From Podarcis liolepis (taxonomy: Eukaryota), in NCBI GenBank assembly GCA_965112155.1, contig OZ218100.1: a DNA stretch of 64,000 nucleotides; one strand, written 5' to 3'. The position numbers were made by a program, and so were the translations under genes. How positions within the stretch are numbered: the first letter of the stretch is position 1; each line of letters begins with the position of its first letter. This document shows positions 50,855-63,687 of this stretch, piece by piece. Below the pieces are notes generated by a model. It was not told the DNA's origin and searched no databases. It saw only the letters and a list, made by a program, of their open reading frames with translations.

Positions 50855-51480
50855 ATATATGTCATTTTTTATTAGTTTTACATAAAACTTATACACCATA
50901 AAAATAACATTTTCACACACACAAAAGAAAAGGGTTCTTTCAAACCTTGGGACCTCCTTCCTTCCCCCCATGGGTTCAAATTCTAAATTTTATTCCTGCA
51001 TCTTTTACTGTCATCTGTCTGTTATATAACCATAGTATCCAAAATCCATGTTACATTACAAATTTAATTGTATTCCTGCCAATGATTTCAGCTGTTTACA
51101 GTGATCTCTCAAATACGTTAGAAAGTTATTCCAGTCTTTTTAAAAATACTTGGTCTTCCTGATTTCTTATATTTCCCGTCAGTCTTGCCATTTCTGCATA
51201 TTCCATCAGCTTGGTCTGCCACTCTTCTCTGGTTGGTACTTCTTCTTCTTTCCATCTCTGGGCAAGAAGCATCCTTGCTGCTGCCATTGCATACATAAAC
51301 AGTCTTTTATTTTCTTTTGGTAGTTCCACACCTATAATGCCTAACAAAAAAGCCTCTGGGTTTTTTTTAACAAAAGTTATCTTGAACATTTTTTTCAACT
51401 CATTATATATCATTTCACAGAAAGCTTTTACCACCCCACATGACCACCACATATGATAAAACATACCCTCTTTCCTTTTC
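50855..51480 (-). mobile_element. L1 ORF2 C-terminal fragment and 3' UTR
   Basis: FYHMWWSC..VKAF...FLLGI...AARMLLAQRWK...EEW peptide. Confidence 0.85.
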
Positions 51481-52880
51481 TATTCGTACCCTTTCAAAGC
51501 CTTAGGGTCTGCATAAAATACAATTGTTCTTGCAGAGTTTGCATCAGAGTCCAAGGAATTGAACAGTGGGAGGTGGTGGGTGAATACACACCATACTTTC
51601 AAAGCACTCTCCTCCCCCCCCCCCCCAGAAACCTGGAGACGGTAGCTGACCCATCACAAAGGTAAAATTCCCAGCATCCCTCACCAACTACAGATCCCAA
51701 GATTCAGGGAGCAGGGTGTTTTAAATGTATGCGCATCACTCTAAAAACCAAATTGGTGTGGGGGGGGGGAACAAGCACCAGGGCCATATTGAGAGGGCTT
51801 TAACCCTTTGCACCCCTAAATTGGAGGTGGGTCTGCTATTTGCCAGGGGAAGAAAGCTCCCAATGATGGCAATGATATTTTTTTCCCATTTCATTTATCA
51901 AACATAGGAGGCCCTGAACGGGACAGGATTGCAGCAAGGACAAAGGGTAAATGCCCCCTCACCCTATGCCACTCTTCCACTCAAAATGGGGCAGAGGCAC
52001 ACTGGCTACTTATCTGAGGGGGCAGCCACTCAAGGGCTAAAGTTATGAACAATATGAACATATTTAGCTAGACCCTAATGTCTATATCTGTATCAAAAAC
52101 AACAAGAATGATGGCATCTTCCACAGAACTGAAAAGTGTGTTCCTGGGCCACAGAATTCCACTCGGCCATCTAGTGGCTGCTTGCAGGAAATTGCCGCAC
52201 CGTGTAACTTGAGACAGCGACTGACAGGCAAACTGAACTGTGAACAACAGCCATGTTATGAAACTCTGGATGAGTTAGTTATTTGCACAGTGCCTGCCAA
52301 TGCAAGATTCCCATGAAGAAGCCGCAGCTGCGAGGGCAAGGGACACACCTCCAGTGAACCTAGGAATTGATTGGTGTGGGAAAACAGCTTTGTAAGGGAG
52401 GGGGAGAGACTTTCAAAACAGGGTCAGCTGAATTTGTGCACTTTGGCAGTGTTTATCGGGGCCACGTGCAACCGTTGTTCATGGTCTTTGGAAGAGATGG
52501 TTGTCTGGCCATTTCTGCTGATCTAATACTGCAACTGCGGTTTCACTAGATGTCCTGAAAAGTTAAAAAAGAATGTCCTTGGAAACCTACATTGTGCAAT
52601 GAAGCCATTGAGAAATCAAGAGAAGTTGGCTGTTAAACGTCTCAAACTCAGACACTTTAAAGACATCTCATCTATCCATTGCTGGTACTACTTTTGAGAC
52701 AGAGCATACTTGAAATAAATTACAACATTAACTGAAACAGCGGCATATTGCTCTAACAAGTTCGGACCAAGTTACCTCCTAGAATGCCTTACATCGTATA
52801 CCTGTTTCTGGTTACTTGGGAAAGATACTCTGTATGCACCTGAAGCTCATCTTATGTCCACTAAACCCATGGCCTTTATT

Positions 52881-53836
52881 GTCTTGGGCCCATTGTTGTT
52901 CAATGTCTTTATAAATGACTTGGAAGAAGGAATTGAGGGGATGCTCATCAAATTTGGAGATGACACCAAACTGGGAGGGGTAGCTAATGCTGCAGAAAAC
53001 AGAAACAGAATTCAAAATGATCTTAACTGATTGAAGAACTGGGCACAAGCTAACAAAATCTATTTCAATAGGGACAAATGTAAGGTTCTGCACTTAGGCA
53101 AGAACCAGATGCACAAATATAGGATGGGGGACACCTGACTTACTAGCAGTACATGTGGAAAGAATCTAGGGGTCTTGGTGGACCACAAGCTTAACATGAG
53201 TCAACAGTGTGATGCAGCAGCAAAAAAGCTAATGCTTTTCTAGGTTGCATCAACAGAAGTATAGTGTCCAGATCAAGTGAAGGAATAGTCCCAGTCTATT
53301 CTGCCTTAGTCAAACCACACTTGGAATATTGTGTCCAATTCTGGGTACCACAGTTTAAAATGGATGTTGACAAGCTGGAAGTGTGCAGAGGAGGGCAACC
53401 AAGATGACCAAGGGTCTGGAAACTAAGCCTTATGTGGAGCGCTTGAAGGAGCTGGGTATGTTTAGCCTGGAAAAGAGGAGACTGAGAGGAGATATGATAG
53501 CCATCTTCAAATATCTTACGGGCTGTTACATGGAGGAGGGAGCATGCTTGTTTTCTCCTGCTCCAGAGGGTAGGACTCGAACCAATGTCTTCAAGTTGCA
53601 AGAAATGAGATTTCTACTAAACATTCAAAAAAACCTTCTGACGGTAAGAGCTGTTCAGCAGTGGAACAGACTCCCATGAGAGGTGGTGGACTCTCCTTTC
53701 TTGGAGGTTTTTAAACAGAGGTTGGATGGCCGTCTGTCATGGATGCTTTAGCTGAGATTCCTGCATTGCAGGGGGTTGGGCTAGATGACCCTTGGGGTCC
53801 CTTCCAGCTCTAAGATTGTATGATTCCATGATTCTA
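52881..53836 (+). mobile_element. CR1 LINE 3' fragment (RT C-terminus and 3' UTR)
   Basis: KFGDDTKLG motif; QRRATKM..GLE..LKELGMFSLEKRRLRGDMI..WNRLP; ATTCTATG-like tail. Confidence 0.92.
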
Positions 53837-56800
53837 ATCCTATAAAGTAGATTAGGCTGAAAGAACTCATAACTCTTCCCAAGAATTCCCTAGGAGATAT
53901 TTTATTCAGCAGGGATTTGAAGCCCGCACCATAGTCATCTCATCTAATGTTTTAATGGCTCTGCTTTGTTTACTAAGCTATTACCAACTTTTATCACATA
54001 TATCCTGTGTTGTGAAAGAACTCAAAGCTGGAGCAAGCTATGTCATTAAGGTGATCTGTAAACATCAAGGTGTTATGTAAGGAATCGTTTTACACTGAAT
54101 TTCCCCCAATAACGGAAGCTGTTAATAAGCATGCGCACTATAGTAATGAGCATGTATGCTCTAGTAAGAAAGTTGAAGGTAAGCTTGTAGCTGCTTTGTT
54201 TTGGTTGGAAGAAGTACTGTGCAGTGAAGCAAAGGGTGGCCGAGAAGGATGAGGAAACAACAAAAGAACAAGTTGAGCTGGTTTTGTGATAGAAAAAAGT
54301 AGCTTTAATAAAAAGGAACAAGAAGGTTCCACCACTGCAGCTGCTTCCAGGTGACCCATTTATTTACAGGGAGGTTAGAGGATGCTGTGTTCAAGCAAGG
54401 GTTAACACACACTTTCCTGCACATTTTCCTGTCACTTTCCTTATCGCAAACAGTCCACTTTGGGGGTAATTGGGTTTGTTGTGTAAAAGCTAGTAAAACT
54501 ACAATTGCACAACCTGAATTTGCCAGTATGTGGTTGATTCCCACTTCAAATAGCAGCCATCAGGAAGAACCCTTTGCTTTCACCAAGGACTGATCTCATG
54601 ATTCCTGTTTCTCAAGGACAAAGCTCTACAGGGGATGTCTCCCAACCCTGTAATGGCAATACCACAATATAGATTAGGCCATGGCCCAAGTTTTCCATTG
54701 CACTTTGCCAGCCCCGTGGGCTCGTTTCTGCTGCTGGTTGCCTTTTGAGTCTTGTAATGTTGCCTTGTCAGTCTTCAAAAAACATGCACAAGGTTGTCAG
54801 TGATCTACACCTATCATCTGCAAAGCACTGCTCTATAAGTGCAAGTAACTTCATTAGAGAGAGATACTTCTCAGGATTAGTGCAGAATAGGACTGGGTTA
54901 AACTGTATTCCCCGCCTGCTGCAATCCTTATAGATATTACCCTTCTCCTCCCTGGCTGATACTATTTGCATTTTTATTTTATTTTTTACTGTATTTTAAA
55001 TGCAAAGATGTATTTAACATCTGGTTTGGACCTTAGCTTTAAGGATTGACAGATAACTCTTATCACTTATCAGCTGACACGGTTCTCGAATCAGAATCTA
55101 GAGTCAAAAAGAAACGTCTGCATTCTCAGGCAAATCTGAATTGGTCCTCCTTGGCTGGGTGTGCTCAGCACAACGCATTTGCTGTTCCTGTCTCCATTTG
55201 GCAGGTTGGTTGTAGTTCATTCAAGACCCACACGATGGCCTCAGCTGCTTGAGACATTTCCTGCTGCTGACTCCAGAAAATGACATGCTCTGCTTGAGCC
55301 TGCCGCCTTAATTAGAAGCACAGTTCTTGTTAAAATTGGAGTGACCTGGCCAGTGCATAACAGCAATTATTCACGAATCCCATGGGAGCAGTGGGATCTT
55401 ATGTCAGGGCCAGCAATTGGTGACAAACTACTTTGCAGGGGGGGGGGGGGTGAGGGGATATTTCATATGGGAACCATGTCCAGAATTTCACTTCAGAGGG
55501 AGGTGGATGACTAAAAGTGGACACAGGAAGTTGCTCCCAGCTTAAGTAAATATTGAATACTACCACAGCCGTTGGCACATTCTTTACATTGCTAACACGA
55601 TGACTATATGAGAAATGAAGATGAGGGCAGACAGCTCGAGACAAGGGAGAATGCAGTTCCTTTCTTTCTGTAGCCAGCTTTGTCCAGTTATCATCGAGAA
55701 TAGAACCATGACCTCAGGGTGCATATGACAGGAAAGATATATATAATAGGCCTTACCCCCAGTTTTGCACCCACACAATCCCAGAAGAATATCAGCTGCA
55801 GGAGGAGAGAGTGCTTTTGTGCTTGGGGCTTCGCTCAAGCACCTGGTTGGTCACGGCAAGAACAAGATGCTGGACTCGATGGGACATTCTTCTTATGCTC
55901 TTCTTATGTTCTAAATTGACATTTGTATTTAAACCATTTTTGACTTACCAGTCTTTTTCTAGGCTAGGGGAACAGAGAGGTTTTGGAATCCGCAAGGGCA
56001 CATTTTAAAGGTCTAATGGCCTATATTTTCATGCTTTACTTTGATGCGTATTTTAAATATCTGCTGGGGTTCTCTCCCTAAAGAGTACTTGGAACTTGGC
56101 ATCCAGGAATTCTCCTTCCGCACCTATTCTTTTCCTTAAACCAACAACATAGGGACAGCGTAGAGAGCGAGTCGAGTCTCTCCCTAGCCCAGTTACAAGA
56201 CAAGATGGCCCCTCACCTGTTGTTCTCTTATGCTCGCTGGCAGCATCGTTTCCAGCCAGGAAGGTTGGACTCACTAGTCGGACCACTTTAGCAGTCCCTT
56301 TTCCTACATAATCACATCTTATAGCTATAAAACCCACAGGCTTGGTGGTGACTCCAAATATGCCAGCTATGGTGATTGGCTCTCCCTGCCCCAATCCATT
56401 AGCACCATTTTTACTCCGTCCCACTGAACAAAGCACCACTTACTTCTGACCTGGTGGGGTGTTGGAAGAAATAACAGCATATGAGATCATGCCCATGTGA
56501 TTCTAGGCTGACCCATCTATTTTCAAAAAGTATAATTGCCCAGCCTCCTCAAATCCCTGAAAATATATTCCCGCCCTGCTCAGAAGGGCAAATCTTGATA
56601 GCTCTTGCTATTGTTCTCAAGGCGGATTCCGAAGTTCACAAGCATCATTGGATTGCTCTGACCTCCTTCTTCCTAGATTTGTTGTTGTTTAGATTTATGG
56701 GTGACAATTACTACTATTGCATTGGATCATGGGTAGGCAAACTAAGGCCCAGGGGCCAGATCCGGCCCAATCGCCTTCTTAATCCAGCCCGCCGACATTC

Positions 56801-57002
56801 CGGGAATCAGCTTGTTTTTACGTGAGTAGAATGTGTGTGTTTATTTAAAATGCATCGCTGGGTTCTTTGTGGAGCATAGGAATTCGTTCATCCCCCCCCA
56901 AAAAAAAATAGTCCAGCCCCTCACAAAGTCTGAGGGACAGGGGACCGGCCCCCTGCTGAAAAGGTTTGCTGACCCTTGCTGTGGATTAACATCTCATTTG
57001 TG

Positions 57003-57623
57003 TCTGGTTATGATGTTTCTGGCTGCTGAAAGTAGGTGGGTTATGAGTTCTTTGTGATGTAAATGGATGTTATTGTCTTGGAAGATGTTTAGTAGGCCCA
57101 ATTCTGGGGTGATTTCTAGTACTTGCTTAGTTATTTTACATATTTCTTGTATGGCTGTTGTCCAGAATAGTTGAATGTTGGGGCATTCCCACCATACGTG
57201 GAGGTATGTGCCTGTGGAGGTGCGCCCTCTCCAGCATTTAGGTGAGGTTCCTGAGGGACCCACCCCACTCACACATGAAAAGAAAGCTCACCACAGCCAA
57301 TCACAAACGAACAACCACACCCTAGTCCAACCCCAACCTCTCTCACCACCAAAGGAACACAAGCAAATAGCAGAGAACCTGCACAAGCGACGCTGACACA
57401 AAACCCCACACATATATTAAGTAAAATAGAAACATCACCACCCGCACCCGCCCCACTCACCTTTCCCCCCTCCACCTCTTTCCCCCTTTTTCTTCCTAAT
57501 GTAACACTAATGTCTCAACAAATGAAACTGATCTGTAAAAATGTAACGGGGGGGAAAGAGAGACATTGCTCATGCTTTTGTAAACCAAGAAAATCTTTAA
57601 TAATAATAATAATAATAATAACC
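57003..57623. mobile_element. 5'-inverted (twin-primed) L1 insertion
   Basis: Minus-strand ORF2 zinc-knuckle segment (CWR..GTYLHVWWEC) joined to a plus-strand 3' end with (TAA)n; 14-bp TSD ACATCTCATTTGTG. Confidence 0.8.
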
Positions 57624-57663
57624 ACATCTCATTTGTGGAAGACTTTCTGTGTGCCTGTTTTGG

Positions 57664-57679
57664 TCTGCCCTCTAGTGGT
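57664..57679 (-). promoter_or_regulatory. CTCF-like motif (CTGCCCTCTAGTGG on plus)
   Basis: Close match to the CTCF core consensus; same orientation as motifs at 44867 and 52164. Confidence 0.55.
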
Positions 57680-58279
57680 AAGGAAACACTTGACAATTGT
57701 GCTAAAATTCACTAAAGGATGGTGAAAGTTTGCTTGTAGGTGGTTTGAGGGATGGAAGAAGATATCGAGTCTGACTTATGCAGTCTGAGCAATCCACTTA
57801 TCACTATGTCCACTTGACACTCTCTGAGCATGTCAGTACACTGCATGGCAAAAAAGTTCATAAGGGCAAGAAAACTAGCAGGGATAGCCTTACTATTAAG
57901 CTGAGTGAAGTGCAGCAGGTGCTGAAGGACAGGGAGTAGCCGTCAGTTGCTGGGAGAACATCCCACTGTCTATGCCTCACAGCTTGCCCTGTGACCTCCC
58001 AGCCAGCCTCCTGCCCTCAGGTGCTTTGGAGGATAGTAAACCATCACCAACCGAAATGAGATTTAATTACCAGTTATGTCAAGTTTTGTGTATGGAATGG
58101 GAGGGGCACCATCTTGTCCTTCACCTCAAGGCAACACAACTTCTTGAGCAAGCCCAGTAAACTGGGCTCCTCTGCGTCATCCTACCAAGCAGTCAGGAGA
58201 CACAGAGGAGTCACAAAATACATGCTGGAATGGTCACTTGCAAACACTGAAAGACTCACTTCACACACATTCCCACAAG

Positions 58280-58404
58280 CAGGGCTTTTTTTCCGGCCGG
58301 AACACACTGGAACTCAGTTCTGGCACCTCTCAGGTGGGCACCATTGCCATTCGAAGAGAACAAAGGTGAGTTCCAGCACCTCTTTTTCTAGAAAAATAGC
58401 ACTG
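58280..58404. mobile_element. hAT-type MITE (second copy at 14567-14702)
   Basis: CAGGGCTTTTT / AAAATAGCACTG termini; 7/8 TSD. Confidence 0.75.
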
Positions 58405-59486
58405 TCCACAAGCTCCATGGGAACCATTACTTTGTGGTTCCCAACCCAAGCAGCTGCTCTGAGGCCAGAGCTGATTATGTGATCCTTTCCCACCTAAAAC
58501 GCTGAGCTGTGAAATCAGCTGTACTCCCCTCCCCCACAAGCGTAGTGTATTTGGCATTAATTTAGCCGCAACAATACATGCTATCCCAGATGTGACATGC
58601 ATCTTTGCCAGAGGGTAGACAATCTAAAGTAGTGTTGGGTGGAGTGGGAGTTTGCCAATAAGGTAAACAATTCCAGAAGATATAAATCTTAAAATAAGTG
58701 CAACATGTCTTGGCATCTATTGTGCTCCTGGAAATGATAAGCGTACTGCGCCTATTACAAGCCAATGAAGTATGCAAATGAGCTGTAGTCCAGACCACAG
58801 CTGTATTTTCCACATGGCCTTCCTTGAATGCTTAACAAGTCATCTGCTGGTGAGTTACACAGAACATTTTTACTAGTTCCTAGTCTCAGCTTGGCTCCAG
58901 TCGCTCTGCTGTCTTTTCTTCCATCGTTTGCTTCACCCTTCTGGAATTTTTAACTATATACTTATAAGAAGGCCTTTTCCAAAACTAAATCCATCTTGGT
59001 TTGTTGAGGTTGCATACAAGTGAAGGTCTCTGTGCTCCTGATATGTCTCCCGAAATCTGCCCCTGGCAGCACTGACACTAATCCACTTCAGGGATAAAAT
59101 GTTTCTTGAAAGACTGAGCATACACTTGGCAGCAAGACTACTGTTTGTCCATCTGGTTGTAATAAAGACCTGGGCTCTGGCTGAATGGAGGAGCTCTGCA
59201 CCATAAACCACCAAAGGCATATGAGGCCTTTCCCACTGCAGTTTGAGTTCAAATCCCAGCAGCAAACTGGAATTAGCATCAGACTTTCTGAAGAAGAAGA
59301 ATGCAGATTCCCAATAGTGTGAAATATTGGCTGGAGAGTTGACTCCTTGGGCAACAGCTCCTGAAGGGGTTAAACCTGGGGTGAGAAACCTCTGGCTCTT
59401 CAGTTTTTGCTGTGTTGAAGTACAATTCTTATTGTGGTAATAACAGCTTGCAACCAGTTTACTTGCAGGATCACCTTAACCCATAT

Positions 59487-60058
59487 AGTGCACACCCCGG
59501 AAATGATCTCTTTCAGCTTCTGCCTTCTGGAAGAAGGTACAGGGTTATAAAGACTAGGACTAGCCGCCTGAGAAACAGCTTCTATCCAAATGCGATTTTG
59601 GTTTTAAACACAGTGTAAGGTAGTCTGTATGGGAGTATATTGTATTTAATTATGGGGTATCAGAGTTTTTAGGGGGCTAACCAGGCTGGGATAAGCTGGG
59701 ATAGCAGGCCTGTTGGTTTTTGAATGTCTGATGACCAGTGTGGTGTAGTGGTTAAGAGCGGTAGTCTCGTTATCTGGGAAACCGGGTTCGCGTCTCCGCT
59801 CCTCCACATGCAGCTGCTGGGTGACCTTGGGCCAGTCACACTTCTTTGAAGTCTCTCAGGCCCACTCACCTCACAGAGTGTTTGTTGTGGGGGAGGAAGG
59901 GAAAGGAGAATGTTAGCCGCTTTGAGACTCCTTAAAAAAAAGGGAGTGAAAGGCGGGATATCAAATCCAAACTCTTCTTCTTCTTCTTCTGTAGATTTTT
60001 TCAATTTCGTTGTTTTGTATGGGACAATGACAATAAAGATTATCGTATCATATCATAT
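59487..60058 (+). mobile_element. Rex1/Babar LINE 3' fragment, interrupted by a SINE
   Basis: HPGNDLFQLLPSGRRYRVIKTRTSRLRNSFYPNAI peptide; aatgacaataaag and (TATCR)n tail. Confidence 0.8.
59733..59990 (+). mobile_element. tRNA-derived SINE (Squam3-like), full length
   Basis: Box A tggtgtagtgg, box B ggttcgcgtct, (CTT)n tail; second copy at 34231-34461. Confidence 0.85.
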
Positions 60059-60574
60059 ATGCCCACCCAACATCGAGTAAATAAGCTATGCCCCATGTTG
60101 GAGAAAAAGGTAATATTCAGCATGTATTTTTTTATTTAAAAAAAAAATCAGCTCAAAAGCTTATTTTAGGATTTCTGTGAGTAAAGACATGCATCTTTTC
60201 CCTAGCTATACGATAAACATTTTTAAAACATACACAGTACTTTGCTGCTCACTACCGGTTTTGTGTCATAGCTTGTGATGATATGTTTAGCTCAACATCT
60301 GTGACAAAAGGATTCCCTACATTTATAAAGTGTGTGTTTGTTTATGATGCTGCTGTGTATCAAAATTATAGACTTCAATTCCCTTAGTTATAGACATGAG
60401 AGTTGGCTAAGTGTTATGTGCCAACGAATGCAAATAATCTCTCATCACACCTCATTGTTTAAAGAACTCCTTTGATGTACCCTGCCTGTTTGCCTGTTCG
60501 GCAAACTTCCTAGCAGATAATGATTGATATGGACTCTCTGGATCACCTGCAGTGCAAACTTAAGCAATCATAAC

Positions 60575-60695
60575 CAAGAGTCTTGTGGCATAATCTTTCA
60601 TGGGCCAGAGCTCACTTCTTCAGATGCATGGCTTTGGCAAATGAAAACTTGCGCCGTATGAAATTTGTTGGTCTTTAAGGTACCACAGGATTGTC
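60575..60695. mobile_element. Degenerate Penelope-like remnant with decayed hammerhead (60588-60627, minus)
   Basis: GCAT-CTGAAGAAGTGAGC..GCCCAT-GAAAGATT-ATGC, plus gttggtctttaaggt shared with the 4262 element. Confidence 0.6.
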
Positions 60696-63484
60696 ACTTG
60701 TTTTTTCCTAGCATGGTTCCCAGTCTGGTTTATCAAGGAAGTCCTGACTATACACAGAATATTACAATATAATTCCCCTTGGTTTTAAGTTTTGATTAAA
60801 AAGCCAAAAGAAAGGGGGGTGTCTAAAATTTCATGTGTCCTTCTGTGAAAATTCTTGTAACGGTAAAAATCCAGATTTCACTGCTGGTACCATCAGTCTC
60901 ATAAAAGTCATGCTAGAAAGAGACAGAGAGGTGTTCGTGAGTAACGTACAAATCTTGGAGAGGAGACAAGTTTCTCTACCACAAAGGCCTTCCTGGTGTA
61001 GAATGAGCTTCAGTTTTAAACTGGAATGGCAGGTCTGTGTATACTATTTTTTTCCTTCCACCTCCTTGCTAGACCCAGTACCTGTGCATTTGTGGCAGAG
61101 CAATACAAAGGGAGAGGAGAATAAGGTCAGGTAAAGGGATATGTGATGGAGGTGACATGCAGACACCCAGGGCTGGTCACTTTGTTGCTCATATCAGCAA
61201 GGAAGCCTGGCCTGGAACCTTTTATGATGGACAGAAAGTATCAGCTGATCCTCTCTATCCTATTGGTGCAAGGAGGAGTCTTCTCTGGCTAGGTATTGCT
61301 TGTCCCCTTACCAGGAAGTGGGTAGCACCGTGGAGAATGCTGGCCGCCATGTTGCCACCAGCTATATTGTATATTGGGACACAGTCAGCAAGGCATCTTC
61401 CAACAACTGCAATGATCTCACAGGTCTCTACGGCTCAACCCTCTCTAGGCTTGGTTTCTACTTCCACTACAGAGGCATCATGCCTCTGAATACCAGTCTC
61501 TGGGAATCGCAGGTGGGCAGAGTGCTGTTGCACTCATCATGTCCAGCTTGTAGGCTTCTCACAGGTATCTGTTCAGCCACTGTGAGAACAGGATGTGGAA
61601 ACAGAAGAACTGTTGGCATAATCTATCAGGCTCATCTTATGTTTTTACATACGCCTCCTTCTCCTCCCTGACCAAACTCACAAAGTTCTTCCTGAGCTAC
61701 CTTTATCTCAACAGCTGTAAACATTCCCAGTTACCACCCAGTGTTCCTGGCATAAAACCCAAGTTTGATTCACCTGAAGGGCAAGATTTTTACCTCAGCC
61801 ATGATCCTGAAATTCAGATCACAAGCCAGAGTAACAAGCCAGATATTCCTAGATCTTCAAATTGTCTCATTGACCGGTGACAGTGGGCTTCACAGAGCCT
61901 TTCTTTCCATGAAGCATAGATAATCACAGCTGTTTTATTGGCATAGCAATGACTTCAAAATTACCACTCATGACTCAGTTCTGTCTTTCTTTTCCCACAT
62001 CAAAATAACATTTGCACATAGGATGTGAATTGCTAATCAGACCACACACATTTAAGTGTTTGCTGTAAGCACTGGTGAACATATAACTTTGTTCAGAAGT
62101 ATGAATGTATGTTTTCGGGCCTTAATAAAAAAAATTATTAACTTCAAGGGAATCCCCCGATCGTTAATACCCTGGTGAGGTAAAAAAGCAGTTACAAATT
62201 TCAAAGATCGCCACCACAGAGAAGCTGTCTGTGTGCTCTTGTGTTTATTCGTCAGCATCTGCCTTTCAGATTGAAACATACAGATCATTGCATTTGCGAA
62301 TGGCCTAACATGAGAACTACTAAACGTCAGGAGACAGAAAGCAAACAATTGTTCAAGGTGTGGGACACAAAACATTCTAGCACTGCAAAGTTTTATCAAT
62401 TTCAACAGAACAAAAATAAAAAATAAAGAACAGATTAATAATTGGTTTAGAACTTTGTTTTTCTTGTCCTAATTAAAGGCTTCAAGCTATAAGAACTTAA
62501 ATTGGTAGATTAATCAACTAAAGCTTTAGTTGATTTATCAGCAGTGGGAAAAGTTTTGTGAGGGCAAATCTTAATAGGATGGACAGTTTGTTAAGTGAAT
62601 AGTGATTTATTTATTCAGGTTAGTTTAAGTTCTTGTCTGTTATACCATCGGGGATAAAGATAAAATAACAAGTGTCAAAACAACAAGAGGTAGCTTGTAC
62701 TTTTTACATTGTAAGTCATCTTTACTTTCTTTCAGTATTTTAAAGGTACCTACATCAAGGTTTTGGAAATGTACAGATGTATTTCAGCTTTATTATGAAT
62801 AGGTAAAAGGCAAATGTTTAATGAACAAAAATTATTTAGTTATCTGGAGACCCATTATTGTCTTTACGTGCTCAAAATGTACCACATCATGATTGTTGCA
62901 ACCATGGCACATCTTCAGACACAGTGTGGAAGCTCTATATACACAAAAAAGTAATGAAGAAAAAAAATTAAGGAATTTGTCCTTAATACAGGCATTGCAA
63001 CCACCCACCTTGTAAATAGATCAAAAAAATGAAACAGTATTGCTGTTTTTCAAGTTGCTAGTTGCAGAGGAACAAATACTTACCAATCCAAATGAAAGTA
63101 AGGGTACCAGATTATTCACATGCTTGATAAATTTATCACATGATAGCAGGGTCATTTGAAGCGTTCATCACATGGAACTCACAAAAAACTGCCTATTTAT
63201 CCCAAAGCAATATGGGAGGCAATTCTAGAGATGTAAGAGAATTCTAATGAAAACAGGATAGGAAATTGCCTGTTTTGGCTTATTTGTCACATTTATGGAA
63301 TGGAAATCAATGCAGCGAATATGATTCGTATTTACTGATAAGTTTCTTTCCGTCTGCAGATGATATGTAGTTGATTACAGTTTTCCCTCATCTGCATTGT
63401 GTTTCCTTTGCATTGAAATCAATGGGGTGGAATAATGCAATGACATTATATGTGTGCATCCGCAGTGGATAGCAAGACGAACAA

Positions 63485-63687
63485 AGTGGAATTCCCTCCC
63501 ATCACATGTCAAGGAGATAAATAACTATACAACTTTTAGAAGACATCTGAAGGCAGCCCTTTATTGGGAAGGTTTTAATGTTTGGTGCTTTATTATGGTT
63601 TTATGTGTATTGGAAGCTGCCCAGAGTGGCTGGGGCAACCCAGCCAGATAGGCAGGGCATAAATAATAAAACTGTTATTATTATTAT
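63485..63687 (+). mobile_element. L2 LINE 3' end
   Basis: WNSLP...FRRHLKAAL peptide; 3' stem-loop and (TTA)n tail; a related tail lies on the minus strand near 6590-6640. Confidence 0.75.

Noticed and set aside
63355-63396. TGCAGATGA...TCATCTGCA hairpin as a structured RNA
   Set aside because: Only a 9-bp stem with a long loop; expected by chance in 64 kb
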